Origin: Chrysomallon squamiferum
Lineage: Eukaryota > Animalia > Mollusca
NCBI GenBank assembly: GCA_012295275.1
Contig: CM022675.1
Location: forward strand, 1,426,001 to 1,490,000
Direction of reading: 5' to 3'
Length of the DNA: 64,000 bases
In this document: piece by piece, positions 58,079 through 64,000 of the stretch
Position numbering within the stretch: the stretch's first letter is position 1
Layout: each line of letters starts with the position of its first letter
Made by a program: the position numbers and the translations under genes
Notes under the pieces: model-generated
Database searches by the model: none
What the model was told of the DNA's origin: nothing
What the model saw: only the letters and a program-made list of their open reading frames with translations

Positions 58079-58196
58079 AGAGCTAATAGAAAAGGTTGCC
58101 AACATTGAACCAGGTAACAAATATGTACGGCATTATAACTACAGACTTTAATTATTTACTTTATGTTGCTGAATTGTTTCAGTGTTTAGTCTTGAC
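58079..58196 (+). repeat. Inverted ~118-bp copy of 54902-55019
   Basis: Reverse-complement match; the ORF track shows the same [18 protein letters not shown] peptide on opposite strands. Confidence 0.9.
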
Positions 58197-58206
58197 AACA
58201 ACAACA

Positions 58207-58298
<92 letters not shown>

Positions 58299-58711
58299 AA
58301 AATAGAAGAGAATAGAAATTAGGAAGAATAATGTGGAGAGAATCAGTAGTTATGTTGGGACCTGTATTAAATAAAAAAGCAGCATATCAAAATAAAACAG
58401 TCATCAAACTTTTTGTTTCATATTTTATTTATTTATTTATTTATTTATTTATATTTTTAGAAATATTAATCATTATTTTACTTTTTTTTATCTGAATTAT
58501 ACAGTTTTTTCAAAATAATTTAAATTGATATATATATATATATATATACAGTATTTAATTACAGAAGTCGTCTTGTTCTTAACCCTATTTCACTATGTAA
58601 AAAAGTATATATCGTCATTTAACGGAATTGTTTCTAAAATATTAATGTTATGTTTCAAATTCAGACACATACAATATTTCTATAAAGAAACAGAGACGAC
58701 AAGAAAGTTAC

Positions 58712-58763
58712 CTAGAGTGATGGAACAACTTAGAAGTATCAGATACACGAATGATATCCACAT
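58712..58763 (-). CDS. G4 signal-peptide exon (distal duplicate)
   Basis: [17 protein letters not shown] then G|gtaact; lies within a local duplication (57961-58810 vs 57214-57930). Confidence 0.7.
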
Positions 58764-59515
58764 ATTTACTTTATTCTGAAAATAAGATTAAATAAAGAAA
58801 CAAACAAACAAACAAACAAACAAACTAATAAAAAAAAAAAAAAAAAAAAAAAAAATATATAAATAAATAAATAAATAAATAAATACCTATGATGTTATAT
58901 TTTATGAATAGTATTGTGTGTATATCTGTGTGTCTGTGTGTACACGTCAAATATAGGTGCTTTGTGATAATCAAAGATACGTCATAAAACAATAGAGTAT
59001 TAACACAATCATTTACTGATATGAAACATACATTTTCTTAACATCGAAGTATTATAAATGTATGTTTTGTACACATAAATATACGTACTTACAAACATAC
59101 ATATATGAACAGAAATAGTACACACAAATCTGGCGAATTTGCGAAAACTGACCCCTTACCCAATGTTCTAATTTGACTGCTATGTAATAGCTGGTACAGT
59201 CACTGTTGAAATTAAACAAGCCGAATTGCAGTGGTGAGTGTATGGACCAATCGAGAAATCAAAGTTAATAGAGCTCCTCATTGATGTCTTATGATCAGAT
59301 ACTTAGTCTTTAAAATAGTTTTTAAGATGATTTTGATACGTTTGCTATTTCATGAGATAAATCAGAACCCATATATGAGTTTAAATCAGATGAAAAAGAC
59401 GCAGATGATCTTGAATGCACTGCATGAATATATAGTAACGTGACAATATCATTACACTATAACATACACATTTACAGATGTCCTTGTATAAGCACGTCCT
59501 GAAACTGTACAAACA

Positions 59516-59897
59516 CATTGACTGAAGTAATGTAGTCATGTATTTACAGAAAGTGGACACTAAACAAGTTATACGAATTACATTGACTGAAGTAATGTAC
59601 ATATGTATTTACAGAAAGTGGACACTAAACAAGTTATACGAATTACATTGACTGAAGTAATGTAGATATGTATTTACAGAAAGTGGACACTAAACAAGTT
59701 ATACAAATTACATTGACTGAAGTAATGTAGATATGCATTTACAGAAAGTGGACACTAAACAAATTATACAAATTACATTGACTGAAGTAATGTACATATG
59801 TATTTACAGAAAGTGGACACTAAACAAGTTATACAAATTACATTGACTAAAGTGATGTAGATATGTATTTACTGAAAGTGGACACTAAACAAGTTAT
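59516..59897. repeat. 65-bp tandem repeat, about 6 units
   Basis: cattgactgaagtaatgtagatatgtatttacagaaagtggacactaaacaagttatacgaatta starting at 59516, 59581, 59646, 59711, 59776, 59841. Confidence 0.95.
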
Positions 59898-60871
59898 AAT
59901 ACAAAGCTACACATAACGGATGAAACAAATTTATTGATGTAAAATATGTGCTAATATATATAAAATTGAGTACAATTGTCCTATGAATAACGTGCTTACA
60001 TATAAATAAAGCGTAGATATATGTAAACTGATCTTCCTGCAAATATACAGAAGTCAAATATGCACATAAGCAAAAAAGGAAAAATAAGATTAATAAATAG
60101 ACAAATAAGAGGACACATAGATTGGCAGATAGATGGAAAATTGATAGGTAGATGGATATATAGAGAGATAAAGAGATAAATAGCGAGACATAGAGCCAGA
60201 CATGTAGATATATTGACAGACAGACAGACGCTGAGACCGACATATCGGTAGATAGACATTTATCGAAAATGGATTGAACAACAAGATTCTGACATGTATG
60301 TCTGCGTGTATGAGTCTATTTGTGCGTGGATGCGTATGTGTATGTGAGTATGAATATATGCAAGATATATGTGTATGTGTGTATGTATGTGTATTTTTAT
60401 TATTATTATTATTATTGTTATTATTATTATTTCAAACTCACAGACATAAAGTCGCGCACATAATTATATTTAAGTTAGAAAAATCCAGACTGAAAAGAAA
60501 TAATAAAAGAAAAACATTAATGTATCAGATAATATTTGTTTGTTGACGTACAACAACCGAGTGAAAAACACAGCGTGGAAGACGTGTAATAGTGTAGATA
60601 GGCAGTGAGGGTACTCAAGCATGATTAACATAGGTAATCAGATTCAAAAAAAAAAAAAAAAATGTCATACAAAATTATCACACATAAAGAAATACGTTAT
60701 CGAGGAAAATGTCAAGATGATCTTCACACAGAACTGACTGAGAGTGAATGTTTCATTGTTCATTAATTTTAAATAAATCAGCTTTGCTGTAAAACGGGAA
60801 TCAAAGAAATCTACGATCTATTTTTGGACATCCATAAGACACATAAAACTGCTCAAAAGCGTCATAATATT

Positions 60872-60997
<126 letters not shown>

Positions 60998-61847
60998 CGC
61001 AGTACTAATATCCTAAATATATAAATAACACAGATACATTTAGACTAAGTTAAGTAGAATAAAATAGAATAGAAGAGAAGAGAATGAATAAACTATTTTT
61101 GTTGTACTGATGCTTTTTTTATATTTCCTCTGTGTTTGGCAAACTATGTTTTATTTTTCATCAAACTAAAAGTGAGAAAATGCAACAAAAATAAAAAAAA
61201 AGTAAAATAAAATAATAGATAGTAAACTGTTCTACATGAAATAATATCACAAAACAAAGAGTACATGTTAACAGTTACATTCAAGTATTAATTCTTTGTT
61301 TTCTACTGTGATGTTAATTGACTGTTTACACCATTCGTCTGAAAATACAATTTCGTGTCATCTCGTAATCCCCGCTACGATAAGATGTGTTTTCTTTACT
61401 CTGTAATCAAACATCAGAAGATCTAATTATGACAAAACTTTATTTATTGTCGTGTTGTTAATTGACTGTTTACATGAAATGTCTGGAAGCTCTCAGAGAC
61501 AGTCTGTGTATTAACTTATGTCATTGTAACATTCTTACTCTGCACTTTTAGAAAGAAAACAATGAGAAAAGACGTTATAGAGAAGTATATATTATCATAT
61601 ATTCACTGGTCCAAAATGAGTCTTAGTATTAACATTAGTGTTAGTGTACAAGTAGTAGTAATTGTTGTAGTAGTAGTAGTAGCAGCAGTAAGTTTAGCAG
61701 CAGTGTGCACGTAACGTACATTTCCTGACGTGTCACAGATATAAAATACAAAATTAGTGACTTATACATTTATTGAAGTTGCATACAAATAAGACTACTT
61801 AAAGTGTACTTATACATTTATTGAAGTAAAATAAGCACACAAACACA

Positions 61848-61900
<53 letters not shown>

Positions 61901-62952
61901 GTATGGAAATGCGAGTTGAACGTTCCTTGTTATTGTAACACTCTAACCGTTTTCCTCGCTTACACTGTGTGATGTGTTTGGAAAGAAATGTAGAAATGCA
62001 TATTAAGATGAGCTTTTCACTATTTTTGTGATAAGAAAATAAAGGTGGCTTCAAGGCATCACCGACTTTAAATCATATGTCATGTGATGTCATAACTACT
62101 CTATACAAACATTTCTTTTTTTCTTTTCTTATTATTATTATTATTATTATTGGGATTTTTTTGAGTTTTTTATTTCTTGATTGCCTGATTTCTTGGTCAA
62201 ATTTATGACAAAGAAAATCGCGAGGATGAATTATTTGTATGGTAAAAGAGGTAAGCAAGTAAAAAGAGAACACAAACTTGTCTGATTGTATTAAACACGA
62301 TTAAATGCACGTACGTCAATCATTTTGTGTTTTCTACCTGTATTCCCTTTTAAAAATAGATATGTTTTAAAGTTGTAACAGTCATATCTAAATCTTATAA
62401 TCTTTGTGTTATTTAATTTGGTAAATTATGTGTTTAGTGTTCATTAAGTGAGAATTCTAAGTTTAACTCATTTGTTCTTAAAGATTAATTTGAAAGGTTT
62501 TATTTAATTGCTAATTTATTTCTGACTTAGTGGAAATCATATATTCATCTCATGTTTTAATTTTGAATAAGTGAGAACGATGTTTATTCACAACACTAAA
62601 ACAGAAATGCACCTAAACAAACATACACACACAGACACGCATACAAAGCTGATATTTATAGATATATGTATGTATGCATGTATAGTAATAAAATCTTAAT
62701 GATAGAGATAACGACTGGCGACGTGTTTGTGTTCGTTGAATAAAAAGGTACAAGAACCGAGGTATTACGCACAATTTTACATATAATATACGGAAATCTT
62801 ACACAAAATTGCATGTATAATATATATGGGCGACAGACCTCATACAAGCTAAGTGATTTCAATAAAACTCCAGGATCACATTTATATAATGCCCATCATA
62901 TGGGGCGTGTCTCTAAACAAATAAATAAATAAATAAATAAATAAATAAAATG

Positions 62953-62988
<36 letters not shown>

Positions 62989-63760
62989 ATATTACCACTA
63001 CTGTTACTACTACTACCTCTACCACTACCACTACTACTATTGCTGCTACTACTCTTACTACTGCTACTGCTACTACTACTACTACTACTACTACTAATAA
63101 TAATAATAATAATAATAATGATAACACTTTATCTTCTATTACTTCTGTTATTAATACATTTATTACAACTACTATTTTTACAGTTATACCTACTACATCT
63201 ATGAATGCTGCTGTCATTACTTCTACTCCTACTACAACTACTAGAGCTAGCACTACTGGATATAGTCATACATGATTAAACAACGACTTAGGAGACGAGT
63301 TAGAAACAAAGACTGTGACACAGACTTTACACGTATAATGGAAGACATTGTGGAGGACAGTCTCATTATAAAGTATTACAGATATGTCCGCGGATGCAGA
63401 TTTCAATGTATTTCAGTTTGATTTATGATAAATTATTCTCTACTTTAAGAAACAAAACAAATAGAAAGTGCCTTTTAAACAAAAATTTATTATCATATAT
63501 TGATGGACCTAAATGAGCGTTAGTATTAGCGTTAGTGTTAGAATCAATCGTAATAGTAGTAGTAGAAGTAGTAGTAGTAATAGTAGTAGCAGCAGTAACA
63601 GAAGGTATAGAAATAATAATAATATTATTATTATTGTTATTGTTATTATTATTAGTAGTAGTAGTAGTTGTAGTAATAGTAGTAGTAGTAGTAGTTGTAG
63701 TAGTAGTAATGCATTCAAATGCGTACAAACATATTCATTGAAATGTTTACGTGAACCTAC

Positions 63761-63812
63761 CTTGTTTCTTGTGACACTCAGAAAAGAAGCTTTGTCCTCA
63801 CTTACACAGTTC
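63761..63812 (-). other. Putative non-coding 5'UTR exon of G4 (5' end undefined)
   Basis: Island homologous to 12286-12337 with donor AAG|GTAGGT; flanks are not homologous. Confidence 0.55.
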
Positions 63813-64000
63813 TCGTTCTGTTTCTACTGCATATGTTTGTTTCTCTACCTCCTTGTCTTTTCGTATAATTTGATATCTTAATTAGTTATTTTTGTATTTG
63901 CTATGTATTTACTTTATGATATTTTGTTAGTGTTAACGCACTTTTTCTCGATCTGTTTCTACCTACATAAGTGTTTTTCTCTACCTCATTATCGTTTCGT

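Noticed and set aside
59516-59897. CRISPR-like array
   Set aside because: Units are contiguous with no unique spacers, there are no cas genes, and the context is a eukaryotic intron.

Overview
AT-rich, microsatellite-laden animal genomic DNA, most likely molluscan (a cephalopod is my guess from the repeat style and gene family), with two 200-N assembly gaps (11070-11269 and 48088-48287). Most entries in the ORF track are microsatellite artefacts or exon fragments. Hand-splicing the minus strand gives a tandem array of four paralogues of one 19-coding-exon gene: G1 633-10772, G2 19296-30309, G3 43234-48087 (3' half only) and G4 48424-57878. All junctions I called are GT-AG and phase-consistent. 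The product (about 870 aa) is signal peptide - EGF - EGF - ZP-N - start of ZP-C - 15-aa linker - 4 SRCR domains - rest of ZP-C - furin site RKRR - TM - short tail. The main finding is that an EGF-ZP protein (like the molluscan shell-matrix EGF-ZP family) carries a phase-symmetric cassette of four scavenger-receptor domains inside its ZP-C domain. The SRCR exons diverge faster between copies than the neighbouring introns, and the copies differ in EGF2, cysteine pairs, anchoring exons and promoter. G2 looks like a G1/G3 hybrid. Also present: a shared non-coding first exon with TATA/Inr, a tRNA-derived SINE, a long inverted repeat around the G2 promoter, and splice-donor minisatellites. No database searches or RNA data were available, so all calls come from reading the sequence.
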